Of a DNA stretch of 64,000 nucleotides, positions 46,945 to 57,219 are shown piece after piece. This DNA comes from Thermoplasmatota archaeon (GTDB lineage: Archaea > Thermoplasmatota > Thermoplasmata > UBA10834), in contig JBFMHR010000004.1 in the NCBI GenBank assembly GCA_040751795.1, positions 128,001-192,000 on the forward strand, read 5' to 3'. Numbering within the stretch: the first letter of the stretch is position 1; every line of letters begins with the position of its first letter. Below the pieces are notes generated by a model. That model saw only the letters and a program-made list of their open reading frames with translations. It had not been told where the DNA came from and searched no databases. A program made the position numbers and the translations under genes.

Positions 46945-47868
46945 TCACAGGTAGGCGTGCCCCTCCATCATGCGCACGACCGACCCGCCGACCATCACCT
47001 GCTCTATCCGGTCCCCGTCGCTGACGACCTCGATGTCGATCCGGCTCGGCCTGCCGATCTCGTACCCCTGCTCGTTGACCACCTTGACCGACCTCCTCCG
47101 TGGGACGAGGCCGTGGTGCACCAGGTACGCGCCGAGGCACCCGCTCGCGCTCCCCGTGGCAGGGTCCTCCACGACGTTCCTCGCCACCAGCGAGAAGCCG
47201 CGCGAGTGGGTCGTCGACCCCCTCTTCAGCGGCTCGAGGCAGGTCACGTATATGTCGACCACGTTCCTCGGCAGCCCGCTCACGGCCTCCGCAAAGGCGG
47301 TGGCGTTGCCCGCGGCCCTCTCCACCGCCGCCTTGCTCCTGACGGGGGCGATGAGCCAGGGCAGGCCCGTGGACACGAGCCTGACGGGCATCCGCTCGGG
47401 GTCGAAGTCGGCCTCGTCGAGGGACAGGGCCCTCGCGACCACCCCGATGTCCTTCAGGGGCGGCCCGAACTCGGGCCTGTTCTGGTGGGTGACGACCCTC
47501 GTCACCTTCCCCTTCGTCGAGTGGATGTCCACGGGCATGACCCCGGCGATGGCCTCCATCCAGGCCCTCGTCACGGGTCCCTCGAGCTCGATCCTGCCCT
47601 CCTCCGCCAGGACGTAGAAGGTCCCGATCGTGGGGTGCCCGGCGTAGGGTATCTCGTTGTCCGGGACGAATATCCTGACCCTGAAGTCCGCCTTCGAGCC
47701 CCTGCTGGGCCTGACGACGAAGGTGGTCTCCGAGAGGTTCATCTCCTTGGCCAGCAGCTGCATCTGCCCCTTCGTCAGGGAGTCGGCCTCCGGGAACACA
47801 GCGAGGGGGTTCCCGCAGAAGGGCCGCTCCGAGAAGACGTCGACCCTGACGTACCTTGCCTTCTTCAT
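46945..47868 (-). CDS. PhzF family isomerase/epimerase
   Basis: VDVFS, GNPLAV, NLSETTF, AGHPT, STG, EDPATGSA, EQG. Confidence 0.92.
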   Translation of the reverse strand: MKKARYVRVDVFSERPFCGNPLAVFPEADSLTKGQMQLLAKEMNLSETTFVVRPSRGSKADFRVRIFVPDNEIPYAGHPTIGTFYVLAEEGRIELEGPVTRAWMEAIAGVMPVDIHSTKGKVTRVVTHQNRPEFGPPLKDIGVVARALSLDEADFDPERMPVRLVSTGLPWLIAPVRSKAAVERAAGNATAFAEAVSGLPRNVVDIYVTCLEPLKRGSTTHSRGFSLVARNVVEDPATGSASGCLGAYLVHHGLVPRRRSVKVVNEQGYEIGRPSRIDIEVVSDGDRIEQVMVGGSVVRMMEGHAYL

Positions 47869-47887
47869 GGGGATCGCTGACCGTAAC

Positions 47888-48532
47888 TCATTCCCTGCAC
47901 TTAACCAGAGTGCAGAGGTGCCCGCGCGCCCTCCCCTTCCCGAGGTCGAAGGCCCTGAGGTTCACGTCGACGGCCTTCCTCGGCACGTTCTCGGCGACCG
48001 ACGCCCGCAGGGCGTCCTCCGGGACGGGGAACGCCCCGACGGTGCCGAGCGCCCCGAGCATCACGATGTTCTCGGCCATGGGGCTACCCGCCTCCCTCGC
48101 GAGGGCCAGGGCATCCAGCACGGACACCTTGTCCGTGACCTGCAGTAGCCTCGACCTGACCTCCTCGGCGGAGAAGTACCTCGCCTGCTTGTCCCTCATG
48201 TGCCCCGCGGTCTCCGAGACAGGGTGCTGGACCCTGGAGTTCATCAGGACTATGCCGCCCGGCCTGAGGTACTCCACGTACCTCAGAGCCTCGAGAGCCT
48301 CCAGCGCGAGGATCGCGTCCGCCCCCCCGATCGGGATCAGCGGGGACCTCACCCGCTCCCCTATCCTCATGTGCACGTTTATCGAGCCGCTCCTCTGGGA
48401 CAGGCCGTGCTGCTCCCCGGTGATGGCCCTGACCCCCGCGCGCGCGCAGGCGGCGCCTATTATGTTCGAGAGCAGGACCAGCCCCTGCCCTCCCACGCCG
48501 GACATGTACACGCTGAACTCCCCGTCGGCCAT
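47888..48532 (-). CDS. iorB: Indolepyruvate:ferredoxin oxidoreductase beta subunit
   Basis: GVGGQG, HGLSQRSGS, ENIVMLGA. Confidence 0.92.
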   Translation of the reverse strand: MADGEFSVYMSGVGGQGLVLLSNIIGAACARAGVRAITGEQHGLSQRSGSINVHMRIGERVRSPLIPIGGADAILALEALEALRYVEYLRPGGIVLMNSRVQHPVSETAGHMRDKQARYFSAEEVRSRLLQVTDKVSVLDALALAREAGSPMAENIVMLGALGTVGAFPVPEDALRASVAENVPRKAVDVNLRAFDLGKGRARGHLCTLVKCRE

Positions 48533-48534
48533 GC

Positions 48535-50424
48535 TCAGCCCCCCTCCCTGCGCCTGATGGACCCGAACGGGCACAGCTTCGCGCACACATCGCACCTGTC
48601 GCACAGCTCCTGCGAGATGACGGTCTTGCGGTCGCCGTCGTCGATGGATATCGCGGGGCAGTGGAAGTCGCGGACGCAGGTGTAGGGCCTCCTGCAGGCC
48701 TCCTTGCTGACCTCGTTCGACTCGATCCTCTCGCCGCGCCTCCTCTTCAGCCTGTCGGAGTGGAGGGCGCACGCCCTCCTCATGATCACGACGTTCGGCC
48801 CCTTCCTCGACAGCGCCTCCTTGAGCTTCGATGCGGCGCCCTTGACGTCGTACGGGTCCGCGATGGTGAGGTCCTCGACCCCGAATCCCCTGACGACGTC
48901 CTCGAGCACGAGCGGCTTGGCCGGCCTGTCGCCGGCGTCCACCGAGGAGCCGGGGTTGGGCTGCTGGCCGGTCATGGCCGTGACCTCGTTGTCGAGTATC
49001 AGGAGGGTGAAGTCGTCCCCGTGGTGCACCGCGTTGACCAGCCCCGGGAGGCCCGCGTGGTAGAAGGTCGAGTCGCCGATTATGGCGACGACCTTCCTGT
49101 CGACCGCGTACTGGAGGCCTGCCGCCACCCCGAGGGACGCCCCCATGCACAGGAGGGTGTCGCCGTAGTTGACCGGGTCCAGGAAGCTCATGGAGTAGCA
49201 CCCAATGTCCGTGGCGACGACGTGCTTGACCCCCTTGAGAGCCTGCCTCAGGGCGTGCAGGGACGCCCTGTGCGGGCAGCCGGGGCAGAACGTGGGCCAC
49301 CTCTCGGCGAGCCCCTGCTTCAGCTCCTTGGCCTTCGCCATGACGGCCGCGTGGTCCACGGGGGGCGCCACGCCGAGGGCCCTCGCGATGCCGTCGACGA
49401 CCATGTCGGGGCTGTACTCGAACGCCTCGCTGAAGTGCCCGGAGGACTTCCCGACCACGCGGACCGACGGGTTCGCGTCCTTGGCGATGGCCGTGACGTG
49501 GAGCTCCAGGTAGGGAGACAGCTCCTCGACCACGATCACCGTCCTGAGGTCCTTCAGGAACCGCGCGATGAGCTTCCTGGGGAGCGGGTAGGTGGTGCCC
49601 AGCTTCAGGACGGACGGCTCGATGCCGAGCTCCCTGCACGCGTCGACCGCGTAGTTGTACCCGGCCCCGCTGGTGACCACGCCCGTGTCGGAGCCGGTGC
49701 CGCTGAGGGCGTTCAGGTCGGAGCCCTCGAACTCCCCCTCCAGCCTCCTGGCCCTCTCCAGCATGGCGAGCTTGAAGTTGCGGGCGGACTCCGCGACGGT
49801 GACGAACCTCCCGGGCGGGTGGTCCCACGGGACCTTGGCGAAGGGCCTCCTGGAGACCGGCCCCATCTCGACGACCCCGCTCTGGTGGTTCACCCTCGTA
49901 GTGGTCCTGAGGAGGACGGGCACGCCGTGCCTCTCGGAGATGTCGAAGGCGGCCTTGACCATCCTCATCGCCTCCGTAGGGTCCGAGGGCTCGAGCATCG
50001 GGACGTACGCGGTCGGCCCGAAGTACCTCCCGTCCTGCTCGCTCTGGGAGGAGTGGGCCTGCGGGTCGTCCGCGACGGCGATGACCAGCCCCCCCTTCAC
50101 GCCGGTGTAGGCGAGCGAGTAGAACGCGTCGGAGGCGACGTTCAGGCCGACGCTCTTCATGCTGGTGATGCTCCTCAGCCCGGCCATCGACGCGCCCGCG
50201 CAGGTCTCGAGGGCGACCTTCTCGTTGGCGGAGATCTCCATCCTGTAGTCGAAGGAGGGCGCGATGGCGGAGAAGGTGTCGAGGATCTCGGTCGTGGGGG
50301 AGCCAGGATACGCGGACACGACCTTGACGTCCGCCTCGATCGCTCCCCTGACTATGGCCTCGTTGCACAGCATGAAGGCCCTGGCGGGCCCATCCCTGAC
50401 GACATCGGACGCTACCACGCTCAC
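48535..50424 (-). CDS. iorA: Indolepyruvate:ferredoxin oxidoreductase alpha subunit
   Basis: NEAIVRGA, YPGSPTTEI, NEKVA, SSQSEQD, CPGCPHR, DIGCY, GDST, TAMTGQQ, C-terminal ferredoxin. Confidence 0.94.
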   Translation of the reverse strand: MSVVASDVVRDGPARAFMLCNEAIVRGAIEADVKVVSAYPGSPTTEILDTFSAIAPSFDYRMEISANEKVALETCAGASMAGLRSITSMKSVGLNVASDAFYSLAYTGVKGGLVIAVADDPQAHSSQSEQDGRYFGPTAYVPMLEPSDPTEAMRMVKAAFDISERHGVPVLLRTTTRVNHQSGVVEMGPVSRRPFAKVPWDHPPGRFVTVAESARNFKLAMLERARRLEGEFEGSDLNALSGTGSDTGVVTSGAGYNYAVDACRELGIEPSVLKLGTTYPLPRKLIARFLKDLRTVIVVEELSPYLELHVTAIAKDANPSVRVVGKSSGHFSEAFEYSPDMVVDGIARALGVAPPVDHAAVMAKAKELKQGLAERWPTFCPGCPHRASLHALRQALKGVKHVVATDIGCYSMSFLDPVNYGDTLLCMGASLGVAAGLQYAVDRKVVAIIGDSTFYHAGLPGLVNAVHHGDDFTLLILDNEVTAMTGQQPNPGSSVDAGDRPAKPLVLEDVVRGFGVEDLTIADPYDVKGAASKLKEALSRKGPNVVIMRRACALHSDRLKRRRGERIESNEVSKEACRRPYTCVRDFHCPAISIDDGDRKTVISQELCDRCDVCAKLCPFGSIRRREGG

Positions 50425-50527
50425 CACTTCCTTCCCGGGGCTTGAACGGTCCCCGGGTTGATTGCGTTTGCGGTGATGGGGGTGCGTGGGCGCCCCTTTT
50501 CCCCGAACCACTCAGGTGGGGGCGGCG

Positions 50528-51091
50528 TCACAGCTTCGGCTTGACCCTCGTGTCCATTACCTCTTGGATCTTGCTCCGGACCTTCAGAGGGTCGGGGACC
50601 GCCTCCCACTTTATGGTGCCGGTCCGTCCCTGCATGCTCTGGGTCGCGAAGTTGATCGTCCCGTACCCGAGCATGCGCTTGCCGATCGACTGGGAGACGT
50701 TCATGTTGGTGACCATCCCCAGGGGGATGTCCTCGTAGCTCTTGTTGAGGATCCCCTTCTGCGTGATGATCCTCTCGTCGGTGACGGCGTAGACCGTGCT
50801 GCCCCACCTGAACCACTTGACGATGAAGTACAGGAGGCACAGGACGAAGATGCCCAGGGCGACCCACTCGATGTACTGCCCGTACTCGCCGTCCAGGTAC
50901 TCCTGTATGTAGGGCAGGTCGGGCGCGTCGGGGATGTACCTCCAGAGGTACACGAGCAGCGCGAGGAGCCCGATGACGATCGCCACGGACGCGGATATCA
51001 TGTAGATGATCGCGCTCGGGCGCGACTCGTACACCATGCGCTCGTCGCTGGAGAGCATGCTCCTTGTGATGTGCTTGGCCTTCTTCGCCAT
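50528..51091 (-). CDS. Membrane protein with bacterial PH (bPH_2) domain
   Basis: Two TMs, YAVTDERII..GIL, QSIGKRMLGYGTI. Confidence 0.85.
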   Translation of the reverse strand: MAKKAKHITRSMLSSDERMVYESRPSAIIYMISASVAIVIGLLALLVYLWRYIPDAPDLPYIQEYLDGEYGQYIEWVALGIFVLCLLYFIVKWFRWGSTVYAVTDERIITQKGILNKSYEDIPLGMVTNMNVSQSIGKRMLGYGTINFATQSMQGRTGTIKWEAVPDPLKVRSKIQEVMDTRVKPKL

Positions 51092-51301
51092 GGTAAGGAC
51101 CAGTTGGGTGCAATGCCCGTGGAGGGTATTAAGACTTGACCGGGGGGCCCGCGCGCGCCCGCGCGCACTTGCGCCTGGCGTGGCCACGGGGCGGAATCAG
51201 GAAATCATATATATAGCGGCCAAACGCCTATCCATCCAGAAGCGGCCCGCCAGTGTACCCCCGAGGCGTAGCCGTTGACAACGAGCTAGAGGAGATTCTG
51301 A

Positions 51302-54300
51302 ATGTACGCTAGAGAGCGCTTTATGGGAGCAGTCTTGGCCGTGGCGCTGTGCGTCGCGATGTTCGCCGGCGCCATGGTGATCGTGCCTGATGGGACGGAA
51401 GCCCTGCCCGAGGATGCCTGGGTCAGGGGCGTGGTGGACGACGGCACCGACCCGTTGGCCGACGTCTACATCAAGGTGATGATGTTCACCGCCGGCGCGG
51501 TGGACGCTGGCTACGCGTTCACCGACGCGTCCGGCGAGTACATGATCGGCCTCCCGGGAGGCTTCGACTACATGGTCATCGCCGCGAACGGGAGCTACTA
51601 CATGAGCATGGGCATGGTCTCCGTGGACATCGGGGAGACCGCCTGGGCCAACTTCACGCTCGACCCGATCTCGCCGGCCGTGGCTGACATCACGATCAAG
51701 GGCTATGTCAAGGACGAGTACGGCGTCCCCGCGACCGGCGGGCACGTGCTCGGGATATCGAACGACCCGATGAGCGGGGACATGCCGATGTACGCGAACG
51801 TCACGGCCCCGGACGGCACGGGCTACTTCGAGGTCAACGTCATCGAGAGCACGGCCGGCGGAGGCGCGGTCGCGTTCGACAACCCAGGGTATTCGATGGT
51901 CGACAACACCACCGAGACCGCGATCCTGAGCGGTGAGACCTACTGGTTCAACATCACCCTCACCTCCACGTCGTCCATGGACGACGCCAGGATATACGGA
52001 CAGGTGACCGATGCGGCGACAGGGCTCGGCATAGAGGGCGTCTTCGTCAGCGCCGAGATCTGGAGCGAGTCCCTGGGCACCGGGTACTCCAACTTCACCT
52101 TCACCGACTCAGAGGGCAACTACGAGATGAACGTCACCAGCGGCGAGGGCAGGATCACGATGGTGAGGTCGGGCTACACGATGGCGATGTTCGAGGACGA
52201 GGTCATCGGGCCTGGCGACGACCTCCAGTACGACGCGGCCCTCAGGCAGCTCAACTGCGTGGTGAGGGGCAACGTGACGGACCTCAAGTCCGCCCTGCCC
52301 CTCGAGATGGCAAGGGTCGTCCTCATGGACATGGAGGGCAGCATGGCGATGACCTCCACCGACTCCTCCGGAGCATACGAGCTCGACGCCTTCGACGGGG
52401 AGGACATGTACCTCTTCGCCCAGGCCGACGGCTACTCCCAGAACTTCACCGTCGTCACGCTGTCGCCATCGGAAGAGGCCTGGTACGACTTCGGCCTCCT
52501 CCCGGTGTCCGCATGGCTCGAGGGCACTGTCACCGACGCCGTCACCGGCCTGCCGGTGGAGGGCGCGTGGGTGAACGCGCAGATGGACTCGGGAGGGTAC
52601 TCCGACGATGACCAGACCGACGCATCGGGCGCCTACAACATCTCCCTCGTCCCCGGGCACTACAGCGTCTACGTGAACGCTATGGACTACCGGCAGACCG
52701 AGGCGGAGGTCGACGTCGCCGACGGGGCGACCGTCGTCCAGGACTTCTCCATCGTCCGGTGGGACGTCGAGGAGACGTGTTTCGTTCACGGGTTCGTCAC
52801 GGACTCCGGCTCCGGCGACCCCATAGTCGACGCCTGGGTCACTGTCGCCTTCGGGGACCTCTCGTACCAGAACCGGACGCAGACCGATGACGCTGGCCTG
52901 TACGAGGTGTACGTGCCCCCGGTCGACGGGATGCTCATCGGCGCCACGGCCTACGCGCACGCGCCCGCCTACGACGCCCTCGACTGCTTCGGCCTGGCGG
53001 ACCTCTCGCTCGACATGCAGTTGGACCCGGACCCGTACTCCCCGAACCTCACGTACGTCCAGCAGCCGCTCGAGAACGTCAGCTGGACCAACCCGATGAC
53101 CATCGACGCCGAGGTCGAGGACCTCTACCTGAGGCAGATGATCCTCTTCAACTTCATGCACTGGTACACGAACAGCACCCACGAGGTCCTGTACATGATG
53201 GAGGGGGCGTCGGTCTCCTTCGACCCGTTCTCGCCGTCCGAGGGCCTCGAGTACGTCCAGGACGGGGACAACTACACGGTGCACGACGAGTTCAACGGGA
53301 CCATTGACGACGCCTCCATGATCGCCGGATGGGTCGGGGACGGCGTGGCGGACCCGTCCTACGTCGCCGCTTACAAGCAGTGGTGGGGGCCCGAGCTCCA
53401 GTACGGCATCAGGGCCTACTACTCGAACGACACGCTCACCGACATGCCTGGCGGGGCGTACTTCGACGCGGAGACGGGCGAATACCTGCTGTTCCACTTC
53501 GACTGGGGCATGGAGGAGGCCTACCCCGAGGACACCTCGGGCGTGGTGACGCTGATGGTCAACCAGATGTCCATCAACCTCACCAACCCCAGTGAGTGGA
53601 GGTGGGAGGGGCAGACGTCCATCGGGGACTACGGCGTCGCAGGCCTGACGTTCTCCGAGGACCCATTGGTCCCGAGCGTCGGGTGGGCGACCCTCTTCGG
53701 CGTCAACGACTTCGGCGACCAGGGCCAGTGGTTCGTGACGCAGTTCACCGTCGACAACGGGGTGCCGGCCGCAGACGCCGGCGCCGACCAGACCGTCGTC
53801 GTGGACACCGTCTGTGGCATCGACGGGAGCGGCTCCTCCGACGACGTGGGCATAGCGAACTACACGTGGGAGTTCGAGGACGATGGCGTCCCCGTCGCCC
53901 GGTACGTGGAGTCGTTCGACTACACCTTCACCGTTGTCGGGAGCTACGACCTGACGCTGACGGTCACCGACGGGGCAGGGCACACGTCCTCCGATTCCGT
54001 CACCGTGGAGGTCCTCGCGGACGGGGCGCCTTCGGCCGACGCGGGCCCGGACCAGACGGTCGACGAGGACACGCTGGTCACGTTCGACGGGGCCGGGTCG
54101 ACCGACGACATCGGCATAGACAACTGGACGTGGACGATAACCGACCTGTCGGCCGAGATGTACGGCGGGTCCCCGGAGTACACGTTCCCGGAGCCGGGTG
54201 AGTACACGGTCGAGCTGGTGGTCACGGACACGGTCGGCCAGGAGTCCGCACCGGACTCGATGGTCGTCACGGTCCTCGACGTGACTGACCCGGTCGCGGA

Positions 54301-55261
54301 CGCGGGCGCCGACCAGGACGTGTCGTTCGGCGACCTCGTCAGCTTCGACGGGTCCGACTCCTCCGACAACGTGGCCGTAGACGCGTACGTGTGGAGCTTC
54401 GACGACGGCGGGACGGTGACCCTCACGGGCGTGTCGCCGTCCCACACCTTCACCGCGCCGGGCGAGTTCACGGTGACCCTCACCGTCGACGATGCCGCCG
54501 GCAACGAGGACTCGGACACGATGGTCGTGACGGTGGTCGACGACGAGGCCCCGGTGGCCGACGCCGGCGCTGACCCGGTCGGCGTGGTGGTGGGCGACCT
54601 CGTGGTGCTGGACGCCTCGGCATCGAGCGACAACGTGGGCATAGACAACTACACCTGGAACTTCACGGACGGGGACGAGGTGTTCCTGTACGGCGGCACG
54701 GTCAACCACCTCTTCGAGAGCTCCGGCGAGTTCACCGTCACCCTGACGGTGACCGACGCCGCCGGCCTGAGCGACACCGACACCGTGGTCGTAAGGGTCT
54801 CCGAGGAGGCCAACGAGGGCCCCGATGCGGACGCGGGCGACGACATAGACGCCGAGGAGGGCGACACGGTCGCCTTCGACGGCTCCGGCTCGTCGGACGA
54901 CGTCGGGATCGAGGACTACACATGGACCTTCGAGTACGACGACGAGGTGCGGACGCTCACCGGCGTCTCCCCGGAGTTCGTGTTCGACATCGCCGGCACC
55001 TACATCGTCACGCTGAACGTGACGGACGCCGAGGGCGAGTGGGACACGGACACGGTAGTGGTGATAGTCGGAGAGAAGGCCTCGACGTTCTTCACCGAGT
55101 ACTGGTGGCTCCTGGCGGCCGTGGCGGCGATCGTGGTGATAGCGGTCCTGGCGCTCCTGATGAGGGGCGGCAGGGCCAGCGCGGCCTCCACCAAGCCCGA
55201 GGACGAGGGCGACGAGCTCGAGGAGGAGGAGCTGCCCCCGCCCGACGACGAGGAGGTCTGA
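51302..55261 (+). CDS. Large cell-surface protein: carboxypeptidase-regulatory-like repeats, five PKD domains, C-terminal TM
   Basis: G.VTD..TG.P..GA.V repeats; five P.ADAG.DQ..D..GS.D..W units; TM plus acidic tail. Confidence 0.9.
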   Translation: MYARERFMGAVLAVALCVAMFAGAMVIVPDGTEALPEDAWVRGVVDDGTDPLADVYIKVMMFTAGAVDAGYAFTDASGEYMIGLPGGFDYMVIAANGSYYMSMGMVSVDIGETAWANFTLDPISPAVADITIKGYVKDEYGVPATGGHVLGISNDPMSGDMPMYANVTAPDGTGYFEVNVIESTAGGGAVAFDNPGYSMVDNTTETAILSGETYWFNITLTSTSSMDDARIYGQVTDAATGLGIEGVFVSAEIWSESLGTGYSNFTFTDSEGNYEMNVTSGEGRITMVRSGYTMAMFEDEVIGPGDDLQYDAALRQLNCVVRGNVTDLKSALPLEMARVVLMDMEGSMAMTSTDSSGAYELDAFDGEDMYLFAQADGYSQNFTVVTLSPSEEAWYDFGLLPVSAWLEGTVTDAVTGLPVEGAWVNAQMDSGGYSDDDQTDASGAYNISLVPGHYSVYVNAMDYRQTEAEVDVADGATVVQDFSIVRWDVEETCFVHGFVTDSGSGDPIVDAWVTVAFGDLSYQNRTQTDDAGLYEVYVPPVDGMLIGATAYAHAPAYDALDCFGLADLSLDMQLDPDPYSPNLTYVQQPLENVSWTNPMTIDAEVEDLYLRQMILFNFMHWYTNSTHEVLYMMEGASVSFDPFSPSEGLEYVQDGDNYTVHDEFNGTIDDASMIAGWVGDGVADPSYVAAYKQWWGPELQYGIRAYYSNDTLTDMPGGAYFDAETGEYLLFHFDWGMEEAYPEDTSGVVTLMVNQMSINLTNPSEWRWEGQTSIGDYGVAGLTFSEDPLVPSVGWATLFGVNDFGDQGQWFVTQFTVDNGVPAADAGADQTVVVDTVCGIDGSGSSDDVGIANYTWEFEDDGVPVARYVESFDYTFTVVGSYDLTLTVTDGAGHTSSDSVTVEVLADGAPSADAGPDQTVDEDTLVTFDGAGSTDDIGIDNWTWTITDLSAEMYGGSPEYTFPEPGEYTVELVVTDTVGQESAPDSMVVTVLDVTDPVADAGADQDVSFGDLVSFDGSDSSDNVAVDAYVWSFDDGGTVTLTGVSPSHTFTAPGEFTVTLTVDDAAGNEDSDTMVVTVVDDEAPVADAGADPVGVVVGDLVVLDASASSDNVGIDNYTWNFTDGDEVFLYGGTVNHLFESSGEFTVTLTVTDAAGLSDTDTVVVRVSEEANEGPDADAGDDIDAEEGDTVAFDGSGSSDDVGIEDYTWTFEYDDEVRTLTGVSPEFVFDIAGTYIVTLNVTDAEGEWDTDTVVVIVGEKASTFFTEYWWLLAAVAAIVVIAVLALLMRGGRASAASTKPEDEGDELEEEELPPPDDEEV

Positions 55262-55305
55262 GCCGGTCCAGGCAGGGAAACCCCGCAAACCCCTTGCAGC
55301 GTTTT

Positions 55306-56163
55306 CTACCGCTTCGCCAGCATGGGCACCAGCTCGTCGAGGCTCAGCGGGCGCCTCCTGGAACCGTCGTCGAGGCCCAGCTGCCTGAACAGCTTGGCGA
55401 CCGTCGGGAGGTCGAGCCCGGCCGACGAGAGCAGCGCCTCGTCGTAGAGGATCTCCTCCGGCCTCCCCTCGGCGACTATGCCCCCTCCCTTGACCACGCA
55501 CACCCTGTCCGCCAGCCTCGCGGCCATGTCCATGTCGTGGAGGGCTATGACCACGCTGATCCCGTGCTCCTCCTTGAGGGACCTCAGGACCGCCTCGATC
55601 CTGCGGGAGTTGGAGGGGTCGAGGTCGCCCGTGGGCTCGTCCACGGCGAGTATCCGCGGCTGCATGGCGAGGATGCCCGCGATGGCGACGAGCCTCTTCT
55701 GGCCGCCGCTCAGGTAGTGCGGGATCTTCCCCGTCTCGCCCATGCCGACGACCCCTAGGGCCCACTCGGCCCTCCTCCTCGCCTCCTCGGCGGGGAGCCC
55801 GAGGTTCATCGGCCCGAACATCACGTCCTCGAGGACCGTGGGAGAGAAGAGCTGCGAGTCCGCGTCCTGGAAGACGAGCCCGACGAGCTTCCTGATGTCC
55901 GAGACGTTCCTCTTGTCGATGTCCTTCCCGAATATCCTCACGCGCCCGACGTCGGGCATCATCAGCCCGTTCAGGTGCTCGACGAGGGTGGACTTGCCCG
56001 CCCCGTTGGGGCCGCAGAGGGCGACTATCTCCCTGGGGTAGACCCTGAAGCACATCCTGTGGATGCCCTCGGTCCCGTCGGGGTACCTGTGCGTGACGCA
56101 GTCGACGTGTACGATGGCCTCCCCGGCCTCCGGGCAAGATACGCAGTTCTCATCCTGTGCCAT
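55306..56163 (-). CDS. cbiO: ECF transporter ATPase (CbiO/NikO)
   Basis: GPNGAGKST, VFQDADSQLF, LSGGQKR, DEPT. Confidence 0.88.
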   Translation of the reverse strand: MAQDENCVSCPEAGEAIVHVDCVTHRYPDGTEGIHRMCFRVYPREIVALCGPNGAGKSTLVEHLNGLMMPDVGRVRIFGKDIDKRNVSDIRKLVGLVFQDADSQLFSPTVLEDVMFGPMNLGLPAEEARRRAEWALGVVGMGETGKIPHYLSGGQKRLVAIAGILAMQPRILAVDEPTGDLDPSNSRRIEAVLRSLKEEHGISVVIALHDMDMAARLADRVCVVKGGGIVAEGRPEEILYDEALLSSAGLDLPTVAKLFRQLGLDDGSRRRPLSLDELVPMLAKR

Positions 56164-56165
56164 GT

Positions 56166-56996
56166 CTACCACCAGACCATGAGGTCCCCGTCGAAGTACC
56201 TCGAGTATACCGAGAGGGCGACGGCCGCACCCGCGAGCGCGAGAACGGCGACGCCGCCGGCCGATGGGCGAGGCGTCCTCTCGGCGACCGGGAACTCCCC
56301 GGTGAACGCGCGCGACTCCATCGCCTTCGAGATCCTCTCCGCGCGCTCGAACGCGTGGATGAACGCGTGCCCGAATATCCCGGCGAAGAGCCTCGACTGG
56401 CGGGTCGCGCCCTTGACCAGGCCGCCGTTCCTCGCGTGCATCGCGTCGAGGACGTCGGTCACCTCGTCCGAGGTGACGAAGAGGAACCGGTAGGAGAGCA
56501 GGAACATGGTTGCGAGGGGGCGTGGCAGGGTCCTCTGCGCGATGCCGGCTATCTGCGCGTACCTGGTCGTCATGAAGACCGTCAGGGAGAAGGTGACCAC
56601 CGCGAGGGCCCTGAGCAGCAGCTTGGCCATGAGGACCAGCCCGTTGTCGGTCACGGAGACCCTGGTCCCGCCCAGGGTCAGCCCTGCGACCTCCGTCCCC
56701 GGCTCAGTGAACACGAAGAGCAAGGTCAGGGTGACCACGAACATCGCCGGGAGCGTGTACCAGCCGATTAGGACCCGGAGGGGGAGCCTGGCGAGCGCGT
56801 ACACGGCCAGCATCGCCACGAGGAGCAGCGCGAGGGACAGGATGTCGGTCAGCACGGTCGCCAGCGTGACGACGGCCCCGAGCAGGGCTGCCTTCGTCCA
56901 CGGGCTGGCCGAGTGGACCGCGCTCCTCCCGGTCTCCCCGAAGTGGGTCACGAGCCTGAAGTCCGGTATGTGCCTGGAGTAGGACCGCCTGGACAT
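56166..56996 (-). CDS. cbiQ: ECF transporter T component (CbiQ/NikQ)
   Basis: SPWTK, YRFL, AMHAR, AMESR. Confidence 0.88.
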   Translation of the reverse strand: MSRRSYSRHIPDFRLVTHFGETGRSAVHSASPWTKAALLGAVVTLATVLTDILSLALLLVAMLAVYALARLPLRVLIGWYTLPAMFVVTLTLLFVFTEPGTEVAGLTLGGTRVSVTDNGLVLMAKLLLRALAVVTFSLTVFMTTRYAQIAGIAQRTLPRPLATMFLLSYRFLFVTSDEVTDVLDAMHARNGGLVKGATRQSRLFAGIFGHAFIHAFERAERISKAMESRAFTGEFPVAERTPRPSAGGVAVLALAGAAVALSVYSRYFDGDLMVWW

Positions 56997-57002
56997 GGCA
57001 CC

Positions 57003-57215
57003 TCACGCCCCCTCCCCCGGCCTCTTCGCCAGGTAGACGAACGAGACCAGCGCGACCACCGCCAGCGCGCCGCCCACGACCGCCACCTTGACCAGGTCCC
57101 CCGCGATGAGCCCCTCATCCTCGTGCTCCTCCCCCATGGCGAGGTAGGCGACGGCCCCCGCGACGACGGCGACCCCTGCGGCGAGGTATATGACCGCCCT
57201 CGGTCCGAGCCCCAT
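57003..57215 (-). CDS. Small 2-TM accessory subunit (CbiN/NikN-like position)
   Basis: Two TMs with an EEHEDE loop; lies between cbiM and cbiQ. Confidence 0.65.
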   Translation of the reverse strand: MGLGPRAVIYLAAGVAVVAGAVAYLAMGEEHEDEGLIAGDLVKVAVVGGALAVVALVSFVYLAKRPGEGA

Positions 57216-57219
57216 GCGC

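Noticed and set aside
52109-56137. Very long antisense or alternate-frame ORFs (also 27791-30283, 31154-33649, 35002-36924, 44904-47024 and others)
   Set aside because: Shadow ORFs of GC-rich genes: they overlap well-supported CDSs and have Arg/Gly/Pro-biased, motif-free translations
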